DNA of 64,000 nucleotides from NCBI GenBank assembly GCA_015065865.1, contig SVPM01000003.1, forward strand, positions 4,206 to 68,205, in the 5' to 3' direction. Shown piece by piece: positions 32,603-40,269 of this stretch. This DNA is from Oscillospiraceae bacterium. Lineage in GTDB: Bacteria > Bacillota > Clostridia > Oscillospirales > Acutalibacteraceae. The notes under the pieces are model-generated. The model saw only the letters and a program-made list of their open reading frames with translations. It was not told the DNA's origin and did not search any database. A program made the position numbers and the translations under genes. Numbering within the stretch: position 1 is the first letter of the stretch; each line of letters begins with the position of its first letter.

Positions 32603-33289
32603 TTAGGCGAAGAACAGTTCGGACAAGGTCATCGGATCGATGTACTCGCCGTTCTTGTACACACGCATATTGCCGGACGCGATCTCGTCGATCAGCATCA
32701 CACGGCCTTCCGCATCATAACCGAACTCAAACTTGATGTCGTACAGCACGAGGCCTTTCTCCTTGAGGTCGTCTGCCACGATCTGAGTGATCTTCTGGGT
32801 CATTTCCTTCATGTCGTCATACTGCTCGGCAGTCATCACGCCGAGATCCACCAAACCGTCTTTGGTCACCAGCGGATCGCCCTTTTCGTCGTTCTTGAAG
32901 GTCATTTCCACGTATGCGGGCAGATCGGCACCCTCTTCGATGTAATCGCTGTAACGACGATAGAAGCTGCCCACCGCTTTGTGACGGCAGATAACCTCAA
33001 GACCCTTACCGAACACCTTGGCGGGGAGAACCTCCATCGTGGTGTCTTCCAGCGAAGCGTTCACGTAGTGAGTCAAAATGCCGGCGGCATTCACTTTCTC
33101 AAAGAAGTAGATGGACATACGCAGGTTGACGTCGCCCACACCGTCGATGGTCAGGCCCACCGCGTTCTCACCGGGATCAAACACGCCGTCCTTGCCGGTG
33201 CAATCGTCCTTAAACTTCAGCAAGTAGTTGCCGTTATCCAGTGCGTATACGTCCTTCGTTTTGCCTTTGTAAACCAGTTTCTTTTCCAT
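32603..33289 (-). CDS. purC: SAICAR synthetase
   Basis: [18 protein letters not shown]... begins at ATG 33289 (AAGGAG 9 nt upstream). The 92 upstream codons of track ORF 32603..33565 are Arg/Gly-rich overlap with purE and were rejected. Confidence 0.9.
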   Translation of the reverse strand: MEKKLVYKGKTKDVYALDNGNYLLKFKDDCTGKDGVFDPGENAVGLTIDGVGDVNLRMSIYFFEKVNAAGILTHYVNASLEDTTMEVLPAKVFGKGLEVICRHKAVGSFYRRYSDYIEEGADLPAYVEMTFKNDEKGDPLVTKDGLVDLGVMTAEQYDDMKEMTQKITQIVADDLKEKGLVLYDIKFEFGYDAEGRVMLIDEIASGNMRVYKNGEYIDPMTLSELFFA

Positions 33290-33333
33290 TGTTGACGACT
33301 CCTTTTTTATGATTAAAATTTTGTTAAACGAAA

Positions 33334-33822
33334 TTACAGGCGGGAGGCGATGTCCGCATCCTTTTGAAGCACCGCCGCGGCATCCGCCGCGCGCTTCGCA
33401 TTTAAGCGATCTGCCAGTGCCGCATCCTCTACCGCGAGGATCTGTGCCGCAAGCAGTGCCGCGTTGCCGCCGCCGTTCACCGCCACGGTTGCCACGGGAA
33501 TACCCGTGGGCATCTGCACGGTGGAAAGCAGGGCATCCAACCCATCCATCTGCGGGCCTTGGCACGGAATGCCGATCACGGGCAGGGTGGTGTTCGCCGC
33601 CACGGCACCCGCCAAATGCGCGGCCATACCCGCCGCCGCGATCATCACGCCGAAACCGTTCTCACGGGCACCGCGCGCAAAGTCGCGCGCTTCGTCGGGT
33701 GTGCGGTGTGCGGAATACACGTGCACCTCAAACGGAATGTCCAGCGACTTCAACATATCGGTTGCTTTTTTGACGATGGGCAAGTCGCTGTCGCTTCCCA
33801 TCACGATACCAACTTTTTTCAC
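33334..33822 (-). CDS. purE: N5-carboxyaminoimidazole ribonucleotide mutase
   Basis: (V)[18 protein letters not shown]...[13 protein letters not shown] 33822 has TAAGGAGGG 7 nt upstream. The upstream track codons overlap the leader RNA. Confidence 0.9.
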   Translation of the reverse strand: MKKVGIVMGSDSDLPIVKKATDMLKSLDIPFEVHVYSAHRTPDEARDFARGARENGFGVMIAAAGMAAHLAGAVAANTTLPVIGIPCQGPQMDGLDALLSTVQMPTGIPVATVAVNGGGNAALLAAQILAVEDAALADRLNAKRAADAAAVLQKDADIASRL

Positions 33823-33843
33823 GGTTGAACCCTCCTTAGAACT

Positions 33844-33884
33844 AAAAAAGGGCGCACTCAACTTACGGTAAGTCAAATGCGCCC
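33844..33884 (-). terminator. Leader attenuator (expression platform of the ZTP riboswitch)
   Basis: Minus-strand RNA GGGCGCA-UUUGACUUACCGUAAGUUGAG-UGCGCCC followed by UUUUUU. Its 5' arm overlaps the aptamer 3' element CCGUCUGGGCG, so the two folds are mutually exclusive. Confidence 0.7.
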
Positions 33885-33950
33885 AGACGGTCGGCTTTCC
33901 CATTCTTTGTTCCATGTGGTGCTCCACTGATCCGTCAGTCGCAAAGAATG
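33879..33950 (-). promoter_or_regulatory. ZTP (pfl-motif) riboswitch aptamer upstream of purE
   Basis: Minus-strand RNA CAUUCUUUG-CGACUGACGG-AUCA-GUGGAGCACCAC-AUGGAA-CAAAGAAUG-GGAAA-GCCGACCGUCUGGGCG. It has a 9-bp P1 and a GUGG/CCAC P2. The conserved GACUGGCG...CCGCCUGGGC signature is present as GACUGACG...CCGUCUGGGC, a compensatory G-C to A-U change in the pseudoknot. Confidence 0.7.
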
Positions 33951-33977
33951 CTGTAGTAATAATAAATTACATTAGAG

Positions 33978-34007
33978 AGTATACCATATTTTGTCGCTTG
34001 GTGTCAA
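33978..34007 (-). promoter_or_regulatory. Sigma-A-type promoter of the pur operon
   Basis: Minus strand: TTGACA (34007..34002), 18-nt spacer ending in TGG (extended -10-like), then TATACT (33983..33978). It lies about 30 nt upstream of the riboswitch P1. Confidence 0.6.
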
Positions 34008-34055
34008 GAAAAAAGCGTGTGTTTTTCGGTGCGAAAATTTGTATAAAACGCAACA

Positions 34056-34085
34056 AAAGGACACGGCGAAAACGCCGTGTCCTTT
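34056..34085 (-). terminator. Rho-independent terminator after fba
   Basis: AAAGGACACGGCG-AAAA-CGCCGTGTCCTTT. On the minus strand it is followed by TTGTTGCG. Confidence 0.7.
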
Positions 34086-34092
34086 ACTGCAA

Positions 34093-34956
34093 TTATGCCT
34101 TGTTGACCGAACCGAACAGTTCCATCTTCTCCTTGACGGTCGCTTTGATCGCTTTGGTGCCGTCCGCAAGCAGTTTGCGGGGGTCGAAGCCCTTGCCCTC
34201 GAGGTCTTTACCCGCTTCCACGTACGCACGGGTAGCCGCCGCAAACGCAAGCTGGCATTCGGTGTTCACGTTGACCTTGCACACGCCGAGGTCGATCGCT
34301 TTCTTCACCTGCTCTTCGGGGATACCGGTACCGCCGTGCAGCACGAGCGGCATATCACCCACTGCGTTCTTGATCTGTTCGAGCACGTCGAAGCGCAGAC
34401 CGGGCCAGTTCTCGGGATACTTGCCGTGGATGTTGCCGATACCCGCCGCGAGGATATCCACGCCGAGATCCGCGATCTGCTTGCATTCTGCGGGATCCGC
34501 ACATTCGCCCAGACCCACAACGCCGTCTTCCTCACCGCCGATGGAACCGACTTCCGCTTCGATGGAAAGGCCCAGTTGATGTGCCACGTGCACGAGTTCG
34601 GTAGTCTTCGCGAGGTTTTCTTCGATCGGGTAGTGCGAGCCATCGAACATGATGGAGGAGAAGCCCGCCTGCACGCACTGATAGCACTGATCGTAGGTGC
34701 CGTGATCGAGGTGCAACGCCACCGGCACGGTGATACCGAGGGTCTCGATCATCGCTTTCACCATGGCGGACACCACCTTGAAGCCCCCCATATATTTACC
34801 CGCACCCGCAGACACGCCGAGGATAACGGGGGAGTTGCACTCCTGCGCGGTTTCGAGCACCGCACGGGTCCACTCCAGATTGTTAATGTTGAACTGACCG
34901 ACGGCATAGTGACCGTCACGCGCTTTTTGCATCATTTCAGCAGCAGAAACCAACAT
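34093..34956 (-). CDS. fba: Fructose-bisphosphate aldolase, class II
   Basis: MLVSAAEMMQKARDGHYAVGQFNINN..., with LHLDHG and GIGNIHGKY metal/active-site blocks. ATG 34956 has GGAGG 9 nt upstream. The track start at 34974 is a TTG. Confidence 0.9.
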   Translation of the reverse strand: MLVSAAEMMQKARDGHYAVGQFNINNLEWTRAVLETAQECNSPVILGVSAGAGKYMGGFKVVSAMVKAMIETLGITVPVALHLDHGTYDQCYQCVQAGFSSIMFDGSHYPIEENLAKTTELVHVAHQLGLSIEAEVGSIGGEEDGVVGLGECADPAECKQIADLGVDILAAGIGNIHGKYPENWPGLRFDVLEQIKNAVGDMPLVLHGGTGIPEEQVKKAIDLGVCKVNVNTECQLAFAAATRAYVEAGKDLEGKGFDPRKLLADGTKAIKATVKEKMELFGSVNKA

Positions 34957-35054
34957 AATACTAACCTCCGACAATTTTGATTAAAATCACGCCTCTTATT
35001 ATACTCACATTTCAAAAAAAAGCAAGGGCTCTGACATAATTTTCACTTTATAAC

Positions 35055-35085
35055 AAAAACAGCCGCGGCAACCCGCCGCGGCTGT
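35055..35085 (-). terminator. Rho-independent terminator after the dCMP deaminase gene
   Basis: CAGCCGCGG-CAACCCG-CCGCGGCTG. On the minus strand it is followed by TTTTTGTT. Confidence 0.7.
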
Positions 35086-35096
35086 GCAAAATTACA

Positions 35097-35600
35097 TTAT
35101 TCCGCAATGTACTCCAACGCGATCTTGCGGTCACTCTTGAATTGACGCAGGGTCACACCCGCCGCCGTCAGCATACGCCGCGAGGCACGTGTCGCATCCG
35201 TTTCGGCATACTTATCCGAAAGATACACCACTTCACGAATGCCTGCTTGAATGATCGCTTTGGCACATTCGTTGCAGGGGAACAACGCCACGTACAAACG
35301 CGCACCGCGCAGCGACTTGCCGCGCGCGTTCAAAATGGCATTCAACTCCGCGTGCACCACAAATGGATATTTGGTTTCGGAAAAACCGCCTTCCCGCTCC
35401 CACGGAAACTCATCGTCCGAACAACCGGCAGGGAAACCGTTGTACCCCGTTGAAAGGATCACGTTGCCGCCCGCAGGGTCATCGTCCCCGCTCACGATGC
35501 AGGCACCCACCTGCGTGCTCGGGTCCTTACTGCGCTGTGCCGCTAGCATCGCGACCCCCATAAAGAACTCGTCCCAACTGATATATCCTTCGCGTTTCAT
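35097..35600 (-). CDS. Deoxycytidylate (dCMP) deaminase, ComEB-like
   Basis: MKREGYISWDEFFMGVAMLAAQRSKDPSTQVGACIV with zinc motifs HAELNA and PCNECAK. ATG 35600 was chosen. Confidence 0.85.
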   Translation of the reverse strand: MKREGYISWDEFFMGVAMLAAQRSKDPSTQVGACIVSGDDDPAGGNVILSTGYNGFPAGCSDDEFPWEREGGFSETKYPFVVHAELNAILNARGKSLRGARLYVALFPCNECAKAIIQAGIREVVYLSDKYAETDATRASRRMLTAAGVTLRQFKSDRKIALEYIAE

Positions 35601-35722
35601 AAAAACACCCTTTCCGCATGCTTGAATGCACACCACACTCACTCATTATATACGAAAAGTCGAATCTTGACAAGCCCGTATTTTTGTTTTATAATGAGAA
35701 AAACGTTTGTTCGGAGGGAGCT

Positions 35723-36880
35723 ATGGAATTCTATATCACGTGGGGACTGCTGGCGGTGGTGATCGGCCTGCTTGCGGCGGTGCTGTTGCGCCGCCCGCAG
35801 GACAACGGCAGCGAGGCGCGCCTGCGGGAGGAAATGCGTGCTCTGCGGCGTGAACACGCGGAATCCCGCGCGGCGGAACAAGATCGGTTGTATCAAACGC
35901 TGAACGCGCAATCCGACCGTTTGAACCGCACGCTTTCCGAAGCGGTGGCCCGCCTGCAGGAAAGCAACGAACAAAAACTCGAGCAGATGCGCGCCACGGT
36001 GGATGAAAAACTCACCTCCACCCTGCAAAAGCGACTGGATTCGGGCTTTCAGACGGTGGGCGAGCAGTTACAAAACGTCTACCGTTCACTGGGCGAGATG
36101 CGGGAACTGGCCTCCGGCGTATCCGACCTGCAGCGGGTGCTGACCAACGTGAAAGCACGCGGCACGTGGGCGGAGGTGCAGCTCGGCAATTTGCTGGAAC
36201 AAACGCTGACGGCAGACCAGTTTGAACGCAACGTTTCGGTGAAGAACAACGCCGAACGGGTGGAGTTTGCGGTGAAGATCCCCTCCCGCGAGGAAGAAGG
36301 TGCGTTCGTGTGGTTGCCGATCGACTCAAAGTTCCCGCAGGAGGATTATCTGCGACTTTCGGAAGCGGCCGACCGTGCCGACCGCCAAGCGGTGGAGGAA
36401 GCCGCCAAAGCACTTGAACACATCATCAAAAAAGAGGCGGCGGACATTGCACGGTTGTACATCAACGTACCTGCCACCACCGATTTCGCGATCTTGTTTT
36501 TGCCCACCGAGGGGTTGTACGCCGAGGTGTTGCGCCGTCCGGGGCTGGCAGAGGAATTGCAACAGAAATACCGCGTGATGGTGTGCGGCCCCACCACCAT
36601 CACCGCCTTTTTGAACACCCTTCGCATGGGCTTTCGCACCATCGCGCTCGATCGCCGCGCCGCCGAGGTGTGGAAGGTGCTCGGTGCCGCCAAAGCGCAG
36701 TATGACAAATTCGGTGTGGCGCTGGACAAGATTCAACGCAAAATCGAAGAAGCGGGCAACACGTTGGAAGATGCCCGCACCCGCAACCGTATTATCCAAA
36801 AAAATCTGCGGGGTGTGGAAGAACTCGCCCCCGCCGAAGCGGAAGACGTATTGGAATTGCCGACAAGCGAGGAAGAATGA
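35723..36880 (+). CDS. rmuC: DNA recombination protein RmuC
   Basis: N-terminal TM MEFYITWGLLAVVIGLLAAVLL, a coiled-coil region, then an RmuC nuclease-like C-domain (FAILFLPTEGLY). ATG 35723 follows GGAGGGAG. Confidence 0.85.
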   Translation: MEFYITWGLLAVVIGLLAAVLLRRPQDNGSEARLREEMRALRREHAESRAAEQDRLYQTLNAQSDRLNRTLSEAVARLQESNEQKLEQMRATVDEKLTSTLQKRLDSGFQTVGEQLQNVYRSLGEMRELASGVSDLQRVLTNVKARGTWAEVQLGNLLEQTLTADQFERNVSVKNNAERVEFAVKIPSREEEGAFVWLPIDSKFPQEDYLRLSEAADRADRQAVEEAAKALEHIIKKEAADIARLYINVPATTDFAILFLPTEGLYAEVLRRPGLAEELQQKYRVMVCGPTTITAFLNTLRMGFRTIALDRRAAEVWKVLGAAKAQYDKFGVALDKIQRKIEEAGNTLEDARTRNRIIQKNLRGVEELAPAEAEDVLELPTSEEE

Positions 36881-36926
36881 GAACACAAAAACCGCACGGC
36901 CGATGGAGATCATCGGCCGTTTTTCG

Positions 36927-37781
36927 TTACTCGATTATCACTGCATCGGCTATTGCGGCGAATTGGGCGAGGGACAATTCCTCCGCGCGGGCGGTGGGGG
37001 ACACCCCCGCCGTTTCCAACGCCGCACGCAAACGCTCACGGTCGGCCACCGCCGAACCGAGCGAGTTTGACACCGTCTTGCGACGTTGACCGAAGCCCGC
37101 CCGAATGAGGCGAAACATCATTTTTTCATCCTTCACCGCAACCGGCGGGGTTTTGCGAACGGTCAAACGGATCACCGCGCTGTCCACGTTCGGTGCGGGC
37201 ATAAAGCTCCCGCGGGAAACGTCGAACAGTTTTTCCGCTTCGGCATAATACGCCACCGCCAACGTCACCGCCCCCGCGGCACGCGTGCCCACAGCGGCGC
37301 ACAAACGGTCGGCCGCTTCCCGCTGAACCATCACGGTGAGCGAGTCGATGGGCAGGCGGCTTTCCAGCAACGCCATAATAAGCGGCGAGGTGATGTAATA
37401 CGGCAGATTGGCGCACACCGACACACGCCGATCGCCGAAATTTTCACGGATCAGCGCGTGCAGATCGAGTTTTAAAGCATCGCCGTGCACCACCGTCACG
37501 TTGTCGCATTCCGAAAGCGTTTCATCGAGAACGGGCAACAAGCGATCGTCCAATTCAACGGCGACCACCTGCCCTGCCACCGCGGCAAGTTCCTTGGTGA
37601 GAACGCCCACACCGGGGCCGATCTCGAGCGCCCCGCCCTCTTTATCCGAACCACAGGAAGCCGCCATACGCGGGCAGACCGACGGATTTATCAAAAAATT
37701 TTGCCCGAGTTTTTTGGAAAAGGAAAAGCCGTGGCGCGAAAGCAGATCGCGCAAGTAGGCAATATCGGTCAGTTGCGGCAT
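36927..37781 (-). CDS. rsmA: 16S rRNA (adenine1518/1519-N6)-dimethyltransferase
   Basis: KKLGQNFLINP and SAM motif LEIGPGVGVLT. The ATG overlaps the upstream stop (TAATG), with GGGAGGG 8 nt upstream. Confidence 0.9.
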   Translation of the reverse strand: MPQLTDIAYLRDLLSRHGFSFSKKLGQNFLINPSVCPRMAASCGSDKEGGALEIGPGVGVLTKELAAVAGQVVAVELDDRLLPVLDETLSECDNVTVVHGDALKLDLHALIRENFGDRRVSVCANLPYYITSPLIMALLESRLPIDSLTVMVQREAADRLCAAVGTRAAGAVTLAVAYYAEAEKLFDVSRGSFMPAPNVDSAVIRLTVRKTPPVAVKDEKMMFRLIRAGFGQRRKTVSNSLGSAVADRERLRAALETAGVSPTARAEELSLAQFAAIADAVIIE

Positions 37782-39130
37782 TACTTACGCCCTCCCTTTC
37801 TGCGGCGACGGCGACGGCGATTGTGCACCACGCTGAGCGCCACGTATCCCGCCACCAGCAGGAGGAACAAGCCGATGCCGATGTACAGCCACACCGACGT
37901 GAACACCCGTTGGACATACCGCCACACTAACAGCACGTTACTGCGTTCCACCGAAGAGCCCGCGATCATCGGCACTTCCCCGATCTTTTGGTCCAATTGA
38001 ATGTAGAGTTCCACACGGCCGTAGTCGCCACCCTTTTGAATCGGTGCATCCACCGCCTTATCGCTGTTCAACACGGGCTTTAATATCACGGTGGAGGCAT
38101 CCAATTCGTTGGGCACTACCGTGCCGAACGAACCACCCGTCACCAACACCACCGTATCCTGCGACCACGCAAGATCCACCGGCAACTGCGATACGGGCTG
38201 TCCTTCGGACAGCAAGATCTTATACGAAAAGTTTTTAAACGCCCACTCATACAGATTTTGCGTATCTTCAAAATGTGCGATCGCGCGGTCGGTCCCGTCG
38301 GCCGCGGCACTGCCGAGCACCACCGCCATATAGCGATACCCGCCGTCCTTCGCCACCGACACCATACACCGCCCCGCTTCTTCTGCGTAGCCGGTGCGCC
38401 CGCATTCCAGTTTGGAATAATAACTGTCGGTGATGGGGCGAAGCATCGAATTCACCGTGGCGCGCTGTTGTTTCGCACCCACGATAGGCGTGACCTCATA
38501 ATTGCGTACCCCCATCATCGCGGTCAATTCGGGATACTCCATCGCTTCCCGCATGATCTTCGCAAGATCCCGCGCGGTGGTGTACTGACCGAGCGCATCC
38601 AACCCCGTCACGTTGGCGAAGGCGGTATCGTGACAACCCAACTCCTTTGCAAGATGGTTCATGCCGTCCAAGAAAGCCGTCACACTGCCCGAAACGGCCG
38701 TGCACAGCGCCACACACGCATCCGCCGCCGTTTCCGCCATCGTTGCGGTTAGGAGGTCGCGCAAGGTCCACGTATCCCCTATCTGCATACCCACCACGCC
38801 GAGACCGGTACCGGTAATTTGCAAGTAGCACGAACGGTCATACACACCCGTGGCGGTGTCAATATCCAAATTGCGGGCGCGTATCTCGCGAATAGCATAC
38901 AGCCCCACCATCACCCGCACGGTGGCGGAGGGGGAACGACGCACGTCCGCCTCCCGCTCAAACAACACCGCATCCTGCGTGGGGTCACTGCCGACGTACA
39001 TCAAAAGCGCCGAACGGGCGTTCACCGCCACATCCTCGGGCAGGAGATAGGAAGCCCCTGCCGTTATCGGCACCGCCAGCATCACAGCCAACAGCACAAC
39101 CGCCGTCAGGATCGCCGTTACTCGTTTCAT
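37781..39130 (-). CDS. PBP5/D-alanyl-D-alanine carboxypeptidase (S11)-like protein with degenerate catalytic motifs and a C-terminal membrane anchor
   Basis: Signal peptide MKRVTAILTAVVLLAVMLAVPITAGA and an S11-like order of blocks. SxxK reads SATV, the SxN region reads ETAADA, and KTG reads RTG. C-terminal TM plus poly-Arg tail HNRRRRRRRKGGRK. Confidence 0.65.
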   Translation of the reverse strand: MKRVTAILTAVVLLAVMLAVPITAGASYLLPEDVAVNARSALLMYVGSDPTQDAVLFEREADVRRSPSATVRVMVGLYAIREIRARNLDIDTATGVYDRSCYLQITGTGLGVVGMQIGDTWTLRDLLTATMAETAADACVALCTAVSGSVTAFLDGMNHLAKELGCHDTAFANVTGLDALGQYTTARDLAKIMREAMEYPELTAMMGVRNYEVTPIVGAKQQRATVNSMLRPITDSYYSKLECGRTGYAEEAGRCMVSVAKDGGYRYMAVVLGSAAADGTDRAIAHFEDTQNLYEWAFKNFSYKILLSEGQPVSQLPVDLAWSQDTVVLVTGGSFGTVVPNELDASTVILKPVLNSDKAVDAPIQKGGDYGRVELYIQLDQKIGEVPMIAGSSVERSNVLLVWRYVQRVFTSVWLYIGIGLFLLLVAGYVALSVVHNRRRRRRRKGGRK

Positions 39131-39160
39131 ACCGTTCTTTCCATCCTTCTACTCTCGTCT

Positions 39161-39670
39161 TTACTCAGCTTTCTTCAACACTTTTACGATCTCGCCGAGA
39201 TACATGCGGTGATAATCCCCGCCGTTATAGTGGGTTTCGATGGTGCTGTCCAGAAAATTTTGCGGTTCCAGATCGGAGGTGTAGAGTTTGCGGCAGACCA
39301 ACACCAACTGTGCCTCGTCAAAATACGGTGCCGGCGCATCAAAACGCGGGGTCAGTCCGGCCTCCGCCACCTTGTCGGTATCCCGACCGGACACGCTGCC
39401 GCAAATCTGCATCGCGTGGCGGAACTGCGTGCCGAGGAAGGAGAGGGTGTAATATTTTTCCCGCTCCATAAAGCCGTATGTATGGCGCGAGGGGCGCACC
39501 ACCGCCGCCGCGACCGGCGCATTCCACATGCAACCCACGCCGCCCCAACTGGCGGTCATGGTGTTAAAGTCGGTCGGTTGCCCCGCCGTGATCAGCATCC
39601 ATTCCCGCCCGATCATACGAAACAGGTTGCCTTCGATCTCCTGCGGAGTGATCTCGATAAATTTGCTCAT
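39161..39670 (-). CDS. Flavin reductase-like (flavoredoxin) domain protein
   Basis: 169 aa: LITAG...FNTMTASWGGVG...YTLSF, typical of the FMN-binding split-barrel family. AGGAG lies 10 nt upstream. Confidence 0.7.
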   Translation of the reverse strand: MSKFIEITPQEIEGNLFRMIGREWMLITAGQPTDFNTMTASWGGVGCMWNAPVAAAVVRPSRHTYGFMEREKYYTLSFLGTQFRHAMQICGSVSGRDTDKVAEAGLTPRFDAPAPYFDEAQLVLVCRKLYTSDLEPQNFLDSTIETHYNGGDYHRMYLGEIVKVLKKAE

Positions 39671-39802
39671 ATTGTAACAACTCCTACCGGTTTTTATTTA
39701 TAAGTATGTCTTGGTTAACAATATATCACTTTTCTTTCCTTTTTTCAAGTGGTCACACCATTTTTTATGTGGCATAGATTGGTAAGGAAGGAGGAGATTT
39801 CT

Positions 39803-40180
39803 ATGATATGGTACACCGTCAAAAGCGGCGACACCGTGTGGTCGTTGGCTCAGCGCTGCAACGTTGACCCCGTAGTTATCGTGCGCTTAAACGGGCTTGC
39901 AGACCCCAACGTTTTGCAGATCGGGCAACGTCTGCGCCTACCCTGCAATCCGCGCCCGCCGATGCCCCCTGCACCGCCCGCGCCGCCGGAAAGGCCGCCG
40001 CGTCCGCCGCGTCCACCGATGCCCGCACCTTGCGAAGATACCTATGTCGTGCAGGCGGGCGACACCCTCTTTTCCATCGCCGCCGCCAACGGCACCACAG
40101 TGGAAGAACTCGTGCGCCTGAATCGCCTTCGCCGCCCGAACCTTATCTTCCCCGGCGACCGTTTGTGCCTGCCGCGATAA
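39803..40180 (+). CDS. Double LysM-domain protein with a proline-rich linker
   Basis: MIWYTVKSGDTVWSLAQRCNVDPVVIVRLNGL...IGQRLRLP, then PRPPMPPAPPAPPERPPRPPRPPMP, then YVVQAGDTLFSIAAANGTTVEELVRLNRL...PGDRLCLP. GGAGGAG lies upstream of ATG 39803. Confidence 0.8.
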   Translation: MIWYTVKSGDTVWSLAQRCNVDPVVIVRLNGLADPNVLQIGQRLRLPCNPRPPMPPAPPAPPERPPRPPRPPMPAPCEDTYVVQAGDTLFSIAAANGTTVEELVRLNRLRRPNLIFPGDRLCLPR

Positions 40181-40218
40181 CGCAGGCATAGGGTGAGCAG
40201 TTAAATCCGAACACGCCG

Positions 40219-40256
40219 AAAAAAGCGACAGAAGCAATCTGCTTCTGTCGCTTTTC
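40219..40256. terminator. Bidirectional terminator between convergent genes
   Basis: AAAAGCGACAGAAGC-AATCT-GCTTCTGTCGCTTTT, with A/T runs on both sides. Confidence 0.75.
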
Positions 40257-40269
40257 GTATACGCTTACT

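Noticed and set aside
33290-33565. A 92-codon N-terminal extension of the purC track ORF, and the 197-aa version of the purE ORF (up to 33927).
   Set aside because: The extensions are Arg/Gly-rich, overlap the upstream gene or the riboswitch leader, and lack an RBS. Strong SD sequences precede the internal ATG 33289 and GTG 33822.
33844-33950. I considered a purine (guanine/adenine) riboswitch, a T-box or a PurR box as the pur leader element.
   Set aside because: The leader lacks the purine-aptamer three-way junction signatures (UAUAAU...CUACC) and any T-box specifier or T-box sequence. It fits the ZTP/pfl signature instead.
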